In this document: one piece after another, positions 9,181-20,240 of the stretch
Position numbering within the stretch: the stretch's first letter is position 1
How the letters are laid out: every line of letters begins with the position of its first letter
Assembly: GCA_041942055.1 (NCBI GenBank)
Contig: CP145874.1
Coordinates: 30,001 to 62,000 of the forward strand
DNA: 32,000 nucleotides
Direction: 5' to 3'
Origin: Candidatus Saccharimonadota bacterium
Lineage (GTDB): Bacteria > Pseudomonadota > Gammaproteobacteria > Enterobacterales > Enterobacteriaceae
The notes under the pieces: model-generated
Database searches by the model: none
Seen by the model: only the letters and a program-made list of their open reading frames with translations
Told to the model about the DNA's origin: nothing
Position numbers and translations under genes: made by a program

Positions 9181-10755
9181 TCATTCCCACTCAATAGTAG
9201 AAGGTGGTTTGCTAGAAATATCATAAACTACACGAGAAATACCTTCGACTTCATTAATAATGCGATTGGCAATACGGCCAAGTAACTTATAAGGTAAATG
9301 TGCCCACGATGCCGTCATGAAATCAATGGTTTTTACAGCCCGTAAGCATATTACCCAATCATAGTTACGAATATCACCCATGATCCCGACTGAACGAACA
9401 GGTATAAAAACCGCAAATGCTTGACTTACTTTATAATAAAATCGAGATTTATATAATTCTTCCATGAAAATTGCATCAGCCTTACGTAATAAATCACAAT
9501 ATTCTTTTTTTATTTCTCCTAATATACGTACTCCTAAGCCTGGTCCTGGAAAAGGATGACGATATAATATCTTATAGGGAATATTAAGTTCTAATCCTAT
9601 TTTACGTACTTCATCTTTAAATAATTCTTTTAAAGGTTCTATTAAATCCAGAGAGATTTTTTTTGGTAAACCACCTACATTATGATGTGATTTAATCATA
9701 TGTGCTTCACCTAAAGAAGATTCGATGATATCTGGATAAATAGTTCCTTGCGCTAACCATTTTACTTGAGGAATTTTTTCCGCTTCTTGATTAAAAATCT
9801 CAATAAAGAGACGACCAATAGTTTTACGTTTTTGTTCAGGATCTTTGATACCAGCTAATGCGGATAAAAATAAATTTTCAGCTTGAATATGAAGAATATT
9901 TAAACCAAAAAAATTTTTAACAAGTTCCATCACTTGATTTACTTCGTTTAAACGAAGTAAACCATTATCAACAAAAATACATGTTAGACGGTTTCCAATA
10001 ATACGATTTAACAAAATTGCAGTTACACATGAATCAATGCCTCCAGAAAAACCTAAAATGACATTAAATTTGCAATTACCAATTTTATTGTATAATTGAT
10101 TTTCTATATCCTTAAGTATTTCTATTGGAGTCCAATTTCCTTCACATCTACAAATATCGTAGATAAATTGTTTTAATAAAAGTTGTCCTTGTTTAGTTTG
10201 AGTAACTTCAGGATGAAATTGTAGACCATAAAATCGTCTTTTTTCATCTGCCATAATAGCTATAGGACACATATCCGTAAAACCAATAATAACAAAATTA
10301 TCCGGTACTTCTATTACTTGATCTCCATGACTCATCCATACATCTAATAATGGGATACCATTCTCATTCAAATTATCCTGGATTTTATGAGTTAGTAGAT
10401 TCTCACGAATGACTTTAACCTGCGCATAACCGAATTCTCTTTTATCAGATTTTTTTACTTTACCACCTAATTGTAAAGCCATAGTTTGCATACCATAACA
10501 TATTCCTAGTACTGGACATCCAAATTTAAATACATCATCTGGAACCTGAGGACTATTACTTTCCAGAGTACTATTTGGTCCTCCCGAAAGAATAATTCCA
10601 TTAGGATTAAACTTATGAATCTGCCTTGGTGTAATATTCCATGTCCATAATTCACAGTAAACTCCTAACTCCCGTATACGACGTGCAATTAACTTGGTAT
10701 ATTGTGAACCAAAATCCATAATTAATATTTTATATTTATGAATATCTTTTAGCAT
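9181..10755 (-). CDS. guaA: GMP synthase (glutamine-hydrolysing) GuaA
   Basis: 524-aa ORF with N-terminal [27 protein letters not shown], the GATase domain, the ATP-PPase loop GFSGGIDS and a C-terminus ending ...PPSTIEWE. Confidence 0.97.
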   Translation of the reverse strand: MLKDIHKYKILIMDFGSQYTKLIARRIRELGVYCELWTWNITPRQIHKFNPNGIILSGGPNSTLESNSPQVPDDVFKFGCPVLGICYGMQTMALQLGGKVKKSDKREFGYAQVKVIRENLLTHKIQDNLNENGIPLLDVWMSHGDQVIEVPDNFVIIGFTDMCPIAIMADEKRRFYGLQFHPEVTQTKQGQLLLKQFIYDICRCEGNWTPIEILKDIENQLYNKIGNCKFNVILGFSGGIDSCVTAILLNRIIGNRLTCIFVDNGLLRLNEVNQVMELVKNFFGLNILHIQAENLFLSALAGIKDPEQKRKTIGRLFIEIFNQEAEKIPQVKWLAQGTIYPDIIESSLGEAHMIKSHHNVGGLPKKISLDLIEPLKELFKDEVRKIGLELNIPYKILYRHPFPGPGLGVRILGEIKKEYCDLLRKADAIFMEELYKSRFYYKVSQAFAVFIPVRSVGIMGDIRNYDWVICLRAVKTIDFMTASWAHLPYKLLGRIANRIINEVEGISRVVYDISSKPPSTIEWE

Positions 10756-10769
10756 AAAATTCCTATAAG

Positions 10770-12239
10770 TTAACCTACACGATAATTTGGTGGTTCTTTG
10801 GTAAGAACTACATCATGAATATGACTTTCTGTGATACCTGCATTACTAATTCTTACAAATTCGGTGTTTATACGTAATTCATTAATAGTACTACAACCGG
10901 TTAAACCCATACAGGAACGTAATCCCCCTATTTGTTGATTAATGATTTCTTTAACTTTTCCTTTATATGGAACTCGTCCTTCAATTCCTTCTGGTACTAA
11001 TTTATCTAGAGCATTATCTGACTGAAAATAACGATCTGAAGAACCATTCGCTTTAGACATTGCACCTAATGAACCCATTCCTCTATAAGATTTAAATGCT
11101 CTTCCATGATATAACTCAATCTGACCAGGAGATTCTTCTGTTCCAGCTAATAAAGAACCTATCATAACACAAGAAGCACCTGCTGCAATTGCCTTGGCAA
11201 TATCACCAGAAAATCTAATGCCTCCATCCGCAATCACAGGTATATTTAAACCATCCAATGCTGATACTGCATCTGCAATGGCCGTAATTTGGGGAATACC
11301 AACTCCAGTTACAATACGAGTGGTACAAATTGAACCTGGTCCAATCCCAACTTTTACAGCACTTACTCCGGCCTCTGCTAAAGCTAAGGCTCCAGAATAG
11401 GTTGCAATATTCCCACCTATTATTTGTAATTTGGGATAATTTCTACGAGTCTCATGTATACACTGTAATACTTTTTGAGAATGACCATGAGATGAATCAA
11501 GAAGTAAAGCATCTACGTTAGCTGTAACTAATGCTTCAATGCGTTTTTTATAATCATGGCCGGTACCTACAGCCGCACCAACACGTAATCTGCCTTTCTC
11601 ATCTTTACATGCATTGGGTTTGCTTTCAGCTTTTTGGAAATCTTTTACCGTAATCATACCTAATAAATTAAACTTTTGATTTACTACAAGAGCTTTTTCC
11701 ACCCGCTTATCATGCATTTTTTGTAAAACACTATCTCTAGATTCTCCCTCCTTTATAGTTACCAAACGATCTTTGGGTGTCATTACAGCAGCTACAGGTT
11801 GATTAAGATTAGTTAAAAAACGAATATCTCGTGCTGTAATAATTCCTATTAGTTCATTATTATGATTAACCACAGGATAACCAGCAAATCCATTTTTTTG
11901 GGTTAGTTTTTTTACTTCCCATAACATGGTTGTTGGTAAGACAGTTTGTGGATCTATAATTACACCAGTCTCATGCGTTTTGACTCTACGTACTTCTTCT
12001 ACCTGTTGTTCAATCGACATATTTTTATGAATAAAACCTATTCCGCCTTCTTGTGCTAATGCAATAGCTAAAGCATATTCAGTTACTGTATCCATAGCGG
12101 CAGAGATCAGAGGAATATTTAAATTAATAGTTTGAGTTAACCAAGTAGTAATATTAGCAGTATGAGGCAAAACAGTAGAATGAGCAGGAACTAGCAGTAC
12201 ATCATCAAATGTTAGAGCTTCTTTAGATATACGTAGCAT
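10770..12239 (-). CDS. guaB: IMP dehydrogenase GuaB
   Basis: Homology starts at [18 protein letters not shown] (ATG 12239). The track ORF begins 5 codons earlier at 12254. A CBS pair is present, along with the catalytic loop [11 protein letters not shown]. The gene lies 14 nt upstream of guaA, as in the guaBA operon. Confidence 0.95.
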   Translation of the reverse strand: MLRISKEALTFDDVLLVPAHSTVLPHTANITTWLTQTINLNIPLISAAMDTVTEYALAIALAQEGGIGFIHKNMSIEQQVEEVRRVKTHETGVIIDPQTVLPTTMLWEVKKLTQKNGFAGYPVVNHNNELIGIITARDIRFLTNLNQPVAAVMTPKDRLVTIKEGESRDSVLQKMHDKRVEKALVVNQKFNLLGMITVKDFQKAESKPNACKDEKGRLRVGAAVGTGHDYKKRIEALVTANVDALLLDSSHGHSQKVLQCIHETRRNYPKLQIIGGNIATYSGALALAEAGVSAVKVGIGPGSICTTRIVTGVGIPQITAIADAVSALDGLNIPVIADGGIRFSGDIAKAIAAGASCVMIGSLLAGTEESPGQIELYHGRAFKSYRGMGSLGAMSKANGSSDRYFQSDNALDKLVPEGIEGRVPYKGKVKEIINQQIGGLRSCMGLTGCSTINELRINTEFVRISNAGITESHIHDVVLTKEPPNYRVG

Positions 12240-12362
12240 ATGGCTATATCTCAAATAAAAAATTTATCTTTCTAAGAAAGAATATTTTATGGAATAAAAT
12301 ATTGATCCTATCAAATAGATAGGTAAGATCAAATACATAATGAATTTTATTTTAGGAATGAT

Positions 12363-13724
12363 TTGGATATGATACCTTTACCTCATATGATACTTAGTGT
12401 TAGCAGTTTAAATAAAAAAGTACGTCAGTTAATTGATGAAGGAATAGGTAAAATTTGGTTAAACGCTGAAGTTTCTAATTTCTCTCATCCTGTATCAGGT
12501 CATTGGTATTTTACACTTAAAGATAATCTCGCTCAGGTGCGATGTGTAATGTTTCGCAATTACAACCGTAATTTTTTATGTCCTAAAAATGGTCAACAAA
12601 TTATAGCATTTGCTGGAATTACTTTATATGAACCTCGAGGAGATTATCAACTGATTGTAGAAAGTATACAACCAGTTGGAGAGGGAGTATTACATCAAGA
12701 ATATGAAAGAATAAAAAAACTATTAGCTTCAGAAGGATTATTATCGGAGAATTTGAAAAAATCATTACCAAAATCTGCACATCAAGTAGGAATTATTACA
12801 TCTACAACTGGAGCCGCTTTATATGATATATTACGAATATTAAATCGACGAGATCCTTTATTATCTATAATAATTTATCCGGCTATAGTACAAGGGGATA
12901 AGGCTCCAGAAACCATTATCAATGCTATTAATTTAGCCAATCAACGTAAAGAATGTGATGTACTAATTCTAGCAAGAGGTGGAGGAAGTTTAGAAGATCT
13001 GTGGTGTTTTAATAATGAAAGCGTTGCACGTACTATATGTTCAAGTACAATCCCTATTGTAAGTGCAATAGGTCACGAAACTGATGTAACTATTGCTGAC
13101 TTTGTTGCAGATATTAGAGCATCTACTCCATCTGGAGCTGCTGAATTAATTAGTAGTAACCAAATAGAGTTATTGCGATTGATACAAACTCAAAATCAGC
13201 ATATTGGAATGGCTATAGATCATATTTTAACTCAGAAAAATCATGCATTAACATCTTTATATTTTCAGCTTCGACAACAACATCCTCAATTATATTTGAA
13301 TCGAAAATTAACTATTGTGATAAATATATTGAACTCTTTAGATAATCTTATGAAAGAAAAATTAAAAAAATATACTCACCAGTATACATATGCAAATCAA
13401 CGATTATTTTCTTTTCCAATTTTAGCAATTATTAATAAACATCAACAAAATATTCAGAATTTAGTATATAGACTCCAAAAACAGATAGAAAGTAAATTAA
13501 ATAATTATTCTCAGTATTTAAGTTCTAGAATTACACAACTAGAAGCAATTAGTCCCCTCGCAACTATTAAACGTGGTTACGGTATAATTACACTATCCAA
13601 TAATAATATTGTTAAAAGCATACATCAGTTGAAAAATCAAGATTTAATAAAAATTAGATTTATAGATGGTTTTGCTATAAGTAAAATAATTTCTCTAATC
13701 GAAATAGAACCAAAAAATTCTTAG
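12363..13724 (+). CDS. xseA: Exodeoxyribonuclease VII large subunit XseA
   Basis: 453-aa ORF with an N-terminal OB fold (VSSLNKKVRQLIDE...GHWYFTLKD), the catalytic region ARGGGSLEDLW..GHETD and a long helical C-terminus. The first in-frame start is TTG 12363 and an ATG follows at 12369, so the start is uncertain by 2 codons. The gene is divergent from guaB, as in E. coli. Confidence 0.92.
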   Translation: MDMIPLPHMILSVSSLNKKVRQLIDEGIGKIWLNAEVSNFSHPVSGHWYFTLKDNLAQVRCVMFRNYNRNFLCPKNGQQIIAFAGITLYEPRGDYQLIVESIQPVGEGVLHQEYERIKKLLASEGLLSENLKKSLPKSAHQVGIITSTTGAALYDILRILNRRDPLLSIIIYPAIVQGDKAPETIINAINLANQRKECDVLILARGGGSLEDLWCFNNESVARTICSSTIPIVSAIGHETDVTIADFVADIRASTPSGAAELISSNQIELLRLIQTQNQHIGMAIDHILTQKNHALTSLYFQLRQQHPQLYLNRKLTIVINILNSLDNLMKEKLKKYTHQYTYANQRLFSFPILAIINKHQQNIQNLVYRLQKQIESKLNNYSQYLSSRITQLEAISPLATIKRGYGIITLSNNNIVKSIHQLKNQDLIKIRFIDGFAISKIISLIEIEPKNS

Positions 13725-15110
13725 TTACTTTTCTTCCTTTAAACAAATCTTAATAGGAGTACCATTTAGCTCTAATGAACGTCTAAAATATTTTTTTAGA
13801 TAATTTTTATAGGAATTAGGTAATTTATTTACATGATGACCATGAATAACTACAAGAGGAGGATTATAACCTCCTGAATGAGCATATTTTAATTTTATCT
13901 GATGACTTAATGGTAGTTGATGTTCTTCGAGAGCATTTTTCATAATACCTGTTAACGTTCTACTGCTAAATTTTTTCTTTGAATTAGAATACGCTTCTAT
14001 TACGGATTTAAATAGATTTTCTATATCTTGTCTAGATAATTCTAGAGCTGAAAAAAAATGTATACGTATAAAATTTACAAATTTTAGACGAAATAATAAA
14101 TTTTCTTTAAACTTAGTTTTCATTGCAGCAGATACAGTATCCCATTTGTTCACTACAATAACTAAAGACCTGCCATTTTTTAAAATAATATTTAATATCG
14201 ATAAATCTTGATCACAAATAGCATTATCTGATGCATCCATAACCATTATCACTACATTGGCTTTATTAATAGTATGTAAAGTAGTTATTATTGATAACTT
14301 TTCACGTTCATCGAAAACTTTTGTACGTTTTCGTAAACCTGCAGTATCAATTAAAAAATATTGAGATTTTTTATATTCAAAAGGAATATAAATACTATCC
14401 CGTGTGGTTCCTGGCATATTAAAAACTATTACTCTTTCTTCACCGAGTAATCTATTAATAAGTGTAGATTTACCTACGTTTGGACGACCGACAATGGCTA
14501 AGAAGCATATAAACAAGGAATTTTCTCGAGCATGATGTTTTGTAAAAAAATGACTCGGTTTACATGAAATTATAATATTTTTATGGAAATTTTTTTTACA
14601 CCATAAATAAAGTTGTTCTAATAATTTCGTCACACCTCTACAGCTAGATGCAGCAATAAAATAAATATTCTTTACTCCTAAAGAGTAAAATTCAGTAAGA
14701 GAAATATTTTTACTTATTACATCAATTTTATTAACGGCTATAAATAAAGGTTTATTACTAGAACGAATCCGTTTCATTAGATAAAAATCACCCGGCATAA
14801 GTCCCGAATGTGCATCCACTATAAATAAAATAATATTGGATTCTTCAATTGCTTTATCAAATTGCAATAAAACCTTCTGATCTATACTTGCTAAGTTAGA
14901 AGGTTTGACTTTTTCCTGATTATCAATACCAGCAGTATCAATCACAATAAATTGATATTCCTTAATTCTCGTTATACCATAATTGCGATCTCGTGTCATA
15001 TTACAATGATCTGTCACTAAAGCATCATGCGTACTGGTGATTTTATTAAATAAGGTAGATTTACCTACATTTGGACGTCCCACTAATGCTATTTTTATAA
15101 TGTTTGTCAT
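13725..15110 (-). CDS. der: Ribosome-associated GTPase Der (EngA), tandem GTPase domains plus a KH-like domain
   Basis: 461-aa ORF with two G-domains: GRPNVGKSTLFN/DTAG/NKID and GRPNVGKSTLIN/DTAG/NKWD. It sits downstream of yfgM, as in E. coli. Confidence 0.95.
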   Translation of the reverse strand: MTNIIKIALVGRPNVGKSTLFNKITSTHDALVTDHCNMTRDRNYGITRIKEYQFIVIDTAGIDNQEKVKPSNLASIDQKVLLQFDKAIEESNIILFIVDAHSGLMPGDFYLMKRIRSSNKPLFIAVNKIDVISKNISLTEFYSLGVKNIYFIAASSCRGVTKLLEQLYLWCKKNFHKNIIISCKPSHFFTKHHARENSLFICFLAIVGRPNVGKSTLINRLLGEERVIVFNMPGTTRDSIYIPFEYKKSQYFLIDTAGLRKRTKVFDEREKLSIITTLHTINKANVVIMVMDASDNAICDQDLSILNIILKNGRSLVIVVNKWDTVSAAMKTKFKENLLFRLKFVNFIRIHFFSALELSRQDIENLFKSVIEAYSNSKKKFSSRTLTGIMKNALEEHQLPLSHQIKLKYAHSGGYNPPLVVIHGHHVNKLPNSYKNYLKKYFRRSLELNGTPIKICLKEEK

Positions 15111-15114
15111 GAAA

Positions 15115-15702
15115 TTAAGAGGTCAAATATTTATTCACGGATTCAGGCAAATTATTCATTTTTAATTTCAGAATTTTTTTCATAATTGGTGAAGTCGTTA
15201 CTGCAATACCCTTAGACCAAGATTGATAAGCTTGGTAAAAATTTCCTTTACTGAACCATGCATCACCTTGAAGTTCAGCAACTCTATCTGTCCAAGTAAT
15301 TCCTTTAATAGTTTTTAATATATACAACGCTTCATCATTTTTTTTTTGCTGTAATTGAATACGTGCTAAACGTAATTTTACTATAGTCTGTAGATTGACA
15401 TCAGAAGTTTTGTTCAACCCCTTTTTTAATTGTAATTCTGCCTGAAAAAAATCTTTTTTTTCTACAGATTCTTTAGCTAAATTTAACGATATTAAAATAC
15501 CATAAATATTATTATTACAATTTATAAAATTTTCTGCCGCTACCCGATTATTATTTTTTAAAATTTTTTGATAAATAATAGAAGCATTTTTTAAGCCATT
15601 TAATTTGTACTTATACCACCAAAATCCTCCAATACATAATAAAATCAAAGCCAGTAAATAACATAATAATTTTTTATTCTGATATAGAAGATGTTGCCCC
15701 AT
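15115..15702 (-). CDS. yfgM: YfgM-like inner-membrane TPR protein (ancillary SecYEG/periplasmic chaperone network component)
   Basis: 195-aa ORF with one N-terminal TM segment ([19 protein letters not shown]). The TPR-like C-terminus, ...[14 protein letters not shown]...[13 protein letters not shown]...MNNL, aligns with E. coli YfgM. An AAGGA Shine-Dalgarno sequence lies 7 nt upstream of ATG 15702. The position between hisS and der is conserved. Confidence 0.85.
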   Translation of the reverse strand: MGQHLLYQNKKLLCYLLALILLCIGGFWWYKYKLNGLKNASIIYQKILKNNNRVAAENFINCNNNIYGILISLNLAKESVEKKDFFQAELQLKKGLNKTSDVNLQTIVKLRLARIQLQQKKNDEALYILKTIKGITWTDRVAELQGDAWFSKGNFYQAYQSWSKGIAVTTSPIMKKILKLKMNNLPESVNKYLTS

Positions 15703-16999
15703 GTTTTTTCCTTTCTAAATAATTAGATATAAATTTAGCAACATCTTGTTTCTTGATCATTTGCTTTTTTCTAGTATATAAATCTTTTATCATAAGATAA
15801 TCATTAGCGAATTCTTTTTCCTCTAATACTAAAACTATACGAGCCCCCTTTTTATACGCCTGATAAAATAATTTTTTTAAGTTATTATTTGTTGTACTAT
15901 AATTTATCATTAATTTTATGTTAGGCATACACTCACGTAAGTATTCTGATAAAATTATGGCTTTTCCTTGTAAATCTGGAACCGAATAAATTAAATAAAC
16001 ATCGATAATTTCCGATGAAATCCTTAGTTTAGTATTTATCATATTTACTAACATCACTAAACGTTCCATACCTAATGCTAATCCTATAGCAGGAGTAGTA
16101 TACCCTCCAAGTTGTTCAACTAAACCGTCATAACGACCACCAGCGCATAACGTGAATTGTGTTCCTTCTATATTTTTGGTAACCCATTCAAAAACGGTAC
16201 GATTATAGTAATCTAATCCACGAACTAAAAATGGATTAATTTTATAACTAATTCCAGTAATATCTAGTAAATTACACAGTTCACTAAAATGAATTTGTGA
16301 TTCTTCATCTAAATATGAAGAAAGTGTCGGTGCTTTATTTAATATTCTTTTAATTCTCTCATTTTTTGTGTCAAGAATTCTTAAAGGATTTGTATACATA
16401 CATCGTTTACTATTATCATCTAAATAATTTAGATGAGATTCTAAAAATGAAATCAAAGCAGTTTTATAACTACTACGAGCTTTTAAAGATCCTATAGAAT
16501 TCAGTTGAAGATCAAGATAATTCATAATGCCTAATTGGCGCCACCATCTAGCGGTTAATAAAATTAATTCAATATCAATGTTTGGACCTGGTAAACCAAA
16601 TACCTCTACACCTATTTGATGAAACTGACGATAACGTCCTTTTTGTGGTCTTTCATAACGAAACATGGGTCCCGAATACCACAGACGTTGTTCTTGATTA
16701 TATAATAATCCACCTTGTATTCCAGCACGAACACAACCTGCTGTACCTTCGGGTCTTAACGTCAAACTTTGACCATTACGACTATTAAAAGTATACATTT
16801 CTTTTTGTACTACGTCTGTAATTTCACCTATAGCATGGTGAAATAAAGAAGTATATTCTATAATGGGCATTTTGATTTCTTGATAACAATAGCTATTAAG
16901 CACCTGTATAATAATATCTTCAATACGTCGCCAAATTACAGTCTCTGGTGGAAGATAATCTTTCATACCACGTATAGCTTGCATTCGATCTTTTAACAT
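15674..16999 (-). CDS. hisS: Histidine--tRNA ligase HisS
   Basis: 441-aa ORF with class II aaRS motifs ([36 protein letters not shown]) and an anticodon-binding C-terminal domain. A 12-residue C-terminal extension overlaps the yfgM start. Confidence 0.96.
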   Translation of the reverse strand: MLKDRMQAIRGMKDYLPPETVIWRRIEDIIIQVLNSYCYQEIKMPIIEYTSLFHHAIGEITDVVQKEMYTFNSRNGQSLTLRPEGTAGCVRAGIQGGLLYNQEQRLWYSGPMFRYERPQKGRYRQFHQIGVEVFGLPGPNIDIELILLTARWWRQLGIMNYLDLQLNSIGSLKARSSYKTALISFLESHLNYLDDNSKRCMYTNPLRILDTKNERIKRILNKAPTLSSYLDEESQIHFSELCNLLDITGISYKINPFLVRGLDYYNRTVFEWVTKNIEGTQFTLCAGGRYDGLVEQLGGYTTPAIGLALGMERLVMLVNMINTKLRISSEIIDVYLIYSVPDLQGKAIILSEYLRECMPNIKLMINYSTTNNNLKKLFYQAYKKGARIVLVLEEKEFANDYLMIKDLYTRKKQMIKKQDVAKFISNYLERKKHGATSSISE

Positions 17000-17027
17000 T
17001 AAAAATTTATCCGATTACTGTTAGTTA

Positions 17028-18161
17028 TTATTTACATTTATCCTCTAAAAGTTTGTTCTTCTCTAATAGAGCAGCTTTTGCACGGATTTTTTTCTCCAAT
17101 TGATCTATCAATTGATTATTATCTAATCTTTCATGCGTACTTATACCATTTTCATAAAAATTACTGGTATTTTTGCTACCTGTCACACCTAGATCCGATA
17201 TTAAGGCTTCTCCTGGACCATTAACCCTACAACCAATAATTGAAACAGTCATTGGAGTCACTATATCTTCTAAACGATGTTCTAAAGCTTGAACTGTGCT
17301 AATTACATCAAATTCCTGTCGTGAACAACTAGGACAAGCAATAAAATTAATACCTCTAGTACGAATTCGCAAAGACTTAAGAATCTCGAATCCCACCTTA
17401 ACTTCTTCTATTGGGTTAGCAGCTAAAGAAACTCTTAAGGTATCACCAATGCCTTCAGATAATAATATTCCTATGCCAATAGCAGATTTGACAGTTCCTC
17501 CACGTATTCCTCCAGCTTCTGTAATACCTAAATGTAAAGGATTTTCTATCTGCTTCGATAACAATCGATAGGATTCTACTGCTAAAAATACATCTGAAGC
17601 TTTAATACTAACTTTAAACTGATCAAAATTCATTCGATCAAAATAATCAATATGACGTAAAGCAGATTCTATTAAAGCTTGCGCAGTAGGTTTACCATAT
17701 TTTTGCTGTAGGTCTTTTTCTAGAGAACCCGAATTTACTCCTATTCTAATAGGAATGTGGTTTTGTTTAGCACAATCAATAACTTGACGAATACGCCTTT
17801 CATTACCGATATTGCCAGGGTTAATACGTAAACAATCGGCGCCATATTCGGCAGCTTTTAGGGCAATACGATAATCAAAATGAATATCTGCAATTAATGG
17901 AACTTGTACTTGGTTCTTAATTTTTTTAAAAGCTTCTGCAGCATCCATAGTCGGTATAGATACACGAACTATATCAGCTCCTACTTGTTCTAATGATTTG
18001 ATCTGTTCGATGGTTTGTTCAATATTAGTAGTATACGTATTTGTCATTGACTGAACAGAAATGGTAGAGCCCCCACCAATAGGCACGTTTCCAACATAAA
18101 TCTGTTTGGATTTTCGACGATTTATAGTAGCTTTGTTGTTGTTGCTACCTTTGCTACACAT
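17028..18161 (-). CDS. ispG: 4-hydroxy-3-methylbut-2-en-1-yl diphosphate synthase IspG (GcpE)
   Basis: The track ORF starts at 18191. I prefer ATG 18161 ([30 protein letters not shown]), which has GGAGA 6 nt upstream. The sequence is near-identical in blocks to E. coli IspG ([16 protein letters not shown], the ACPSCSR cluster ligands). Confidence 0.95.
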   Translation of the reverse strand: MCSKGSNNNKATINRRKSKQIYVGNVPIGGGSTISVQSMTNTYTTNIEQTIEQIKSLEQVGADIVRVSIPTMDAAEAFKKIKNQVQVPLIADIHFDYRIALKAAEYGADCLRINPGNIGNERRIRQVIDCAKQNHIPIRIGVNSGSLEKDLQQKYGKPTAQALIESALRHIDYFDRMNFDQFKVSIKASDVFLAVESYRLLSKQIENPLHLGITEAGGIRGGTVKSAIGIGILLSEGIGDTLRVSLAANPIEEVKVGFEILKSLRIRTRGINFIACPSCSRQEFDVISTVQALEHRLEDIVTPMTVSIIGCRVNGPGEALISDLGVTGSKNTSNFYENGISTHERLDNNQLIDQLEKKIRAKAALLEKNKLLEDKCK

Positions 18162-18263
18162 ATTTTTCTCCGAGATAACATACATATACATATAAATGTA
18201 TAATAATACATTTGTTATAAATAAAAGATAATTTTATTACTTGACTAAATAGGAATACTGAAC

Positions 18264-19382
18264 TTATAAACTTGAAAGAGTGTGAGGAATAATTTGACCG
18301 GATAACTGTCCACAAGCAGCACTAATATCATCACCTCGGGTATGACGTATAAAAATAAAAAACCCATATGAAACTAATACTTTAGAAAATAATTCTATAT
18401 TTTTAGATAAACTTCTTTTATAGAATGAATTAGGATAAGTGTTCCAAGGAATTAAATTAATCTTACAAGGTATTTCTTTGAGAAGATTTGCTAACTCATG
18501 AGCATGTTCTATACGATCATTTAAATTATCTATCATTAGATACTCAATTGTTATACCTCCATAATTTGCATGCGATTTTTTAAGATAACTAGATGCTGCT
18601 GCAAGTAGTGAAGTAATATTGTATTTTTTATTGATTGGCATAATCATATCCCTTAATTTGTCATTTGGAGCATGAAGAGAAATGGCTAAACCTACATCAA
18701 TTTTGGCTGCTAACTGTTTTATAGCAGGAACAACTCCTGATGTAGAAATAGTGATATGCCTTTTAGATAAAGCAAAACCTAAATCGTCCAACATTATTTC
18801 TATGGCTGGAACTACATTTGATAAATTTAGTAAGGGTTCTCCCATTCCCATTAAGACGATATTATTAATAATTCTAGATTTTTTACCTTCAGTGACTTTG
18901 TATCTCTTTTTTAGAATTTTATTAGCCATCCAAACTTGTCCAATAATTTCTGAGACAGATAAATTGCGATAAAATCCTTGCTGTGCAGTATAACAAAAAC
19001 TACATCCTACTGGACATCCTACTTGAGAAGAAATACAAAGAGTGGCTCTAGAATAATTGGTAGGTATATAAACCATTTCTATTTTTTGTTGATTAGAAAC
19101 TGTAAGAATCCATTTAATTGTTCCATCAGTTGAACAATATTCTTTTATAATATTAGGTGCATGAATCTTTGAATGAGCATTTAGTTTATCACATAATTTT
19201 TTATTAAGATTAGTCATCAGATAAAAATCTTCACAATCATGATGATAAATCCATTTCATTACTTGATCGGCTCTATAAGGTTGTTCTTCTAAAAATACAA
19301 AAAAATCGCGCATTTGATGACGATTAAGATCTAACAAATTTATTTTGCTCGAGAAATTAAAATTCTTGGATTTTTCAATCAT
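18264..19382 (-). CDS. rlmN: Dual-specificity radical-SAM RNA methyltransferase RlmN (23S rRNA/tRNA m2A)
   Basis: 372-aa ORF with the radical-SAM motif [17 protein letters not shown] and a C-terminal ...AACGQL motif. It lies between ndk and ispG, as in E. coli. Confidence 0.94.
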   Translation of the reverse strand: MIEKSKNFNFSSKINLLDLNRHQMRDFFVFLEEQPYRADQVMKWIYHHDCEDFYLMTNLNKKLCDKLNAHSKIHAPNIIKEYCSTDGTIKWILTVSNQQKIEMVYIPTNYSRATLCISSQVGCPVGCSFCYTAQQGFYRNLSVSEIIGQVWMANKILKKRYKVTEGKKSRIINNIVLMGMGEPLLNLSNVVPAIEIMLDDLGFALSKRHITISTSGVVPAIKQLAAKIDVGLAISLHAPNDKLRDMIMPINKKYNITSLLAAASSYLKKSHANYGGITIEYLMIDNLNDRIEHAHELANLLKEIPCKINLIPWNTYPNSFYKRSLSKNIELFSKVLVSYGFFIFIRHTRGDDISAACGQLSGQIIPHTLSSL

Positions 19383-19403
19383 TTTTTTTATGAAAAATTT
19401 TAT

Positions 19404-19829
19404 TTAATAGGAGTAAATTTCATCTGGACGAAAAAAATAAGTAATTTCTCGCTGAGCAGAATTAAGCGAATCCGAACCATGAATCGCATTGGCTGTAATA
19501 CTATCTGCATAATCCGCACGTAATGTACCTACAACAGCATGAGTAGGATTAGCTGTCCCCATTAACTCACGAAAATATTGTACAGCATTTTCTCTTTCTA
19601 ATACTGATATCATGATAGGACCAGAAATCATAAAACCAATTAAGGTTTCAAAAAAAGGTTTATTACAATGTTCAGCATAAAATTCTTGAGCTTGTTTTCT
19701 AGTTAATTTTTGCATTTTAGCTGCAATAATTCTAAATCCCGCATTTTCAATACGGCAATAAATAGTTCCCAGAAGATTTTTAAAAATTGCATTAGGTTTT
19801 ATAATAGAAAAAGTTCGTTCAATTGTCAT
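19404..19829 (-). CDS. ndk: Nucleoside diphosphate kinase
   Basis: 141-aa ORF beginning [14 protein letters not shown], with GTLRADYA and the active-site [14 protein letters not shown] Shine-Dalgarno sequence lies 5 nt upstream. Confidence 0.96.
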   Translation of the reverse strand: MTIERTFSIIKPNAIFKNLLGTIYCRIENAGFRIIAAKMQKLTRKQAQEFYAEHCNKPFFETLIGFMISGPIMISVLERENAVQYFRELMGTANPTHAVVGTLRADYADSITANAIHGSDSLNSAQREITYFFRPDEIYSY

Positions 19830-19885
19830 GATATCCTCTATATAGAGATGATAATAGTTCGTTAAATATCTATCTGTCTTGTCTA

Positions 19886-20224
19886 CTACTCTTCACTTAT
19901 ATTAGCAGTATAACGAGGAATTTCGACCATTATTAAATCTTCATTTTTTACCAGATGTGCTTGACAACTTAACCTACTATTAGGTTCTAATCCCCATGCT
20001 TTATCTAACATATCCTCTTCTCTTTCACTTATCGTTGATAACGAATGAAAACCGCTACGAATTATGCAATGACAAGTAGCACATGCACAAGATTTTTCGC
20101 AAAAATGTTCTATTTTAATACAATTACGTAATGCTACATCTAAGATTGTCTCTCCTACTAAAGCCTCAACGATTTTTCCATCGGGAATCAAAAATTCATG
20201 AGGCAAAAAAAAAATTTTTGGCAT
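19886..20224 (-). CDS. fdx: [2Fe-2S] ferredoxin of the ISC system
   Basis: 112-aa ORF beginning MPKIFFLPH, with the cluster ligands [12 protein letters not shown]...C and [16 protein letters not shown]. It is the last gene of the isc-hsc-fdx operon. Confidence 0.95.
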   Translation of the reverse strand: MPKIFFLPHEFLIPDGKIVEALVGETILDVALRNCIKIEHFCEKSCACATCHCIIRSGFHSLSTISEREEDMLDKAWGLEPNSRLSCQAHLVKNEDLIMVEIPRYTANISEE

Positions 20225-20240
20225 GAATTATAAAAACCTC

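Noticed and set aside
12267-12323. Two short palindromes in the guaB|xseA divergent spacer: TCTTTC-TAA-GAAAGA (12267-12281) and CCTATC-AAATA-GATAGG (12307-12323).
   Set aside because: Six-bp arms are expected fairly often by chance at this base composition. Neither resembles PurR, DnaA, CRP or Fis sites known at the E. coli guaB promoter. I note them only as possible operator or hairpin candidates.
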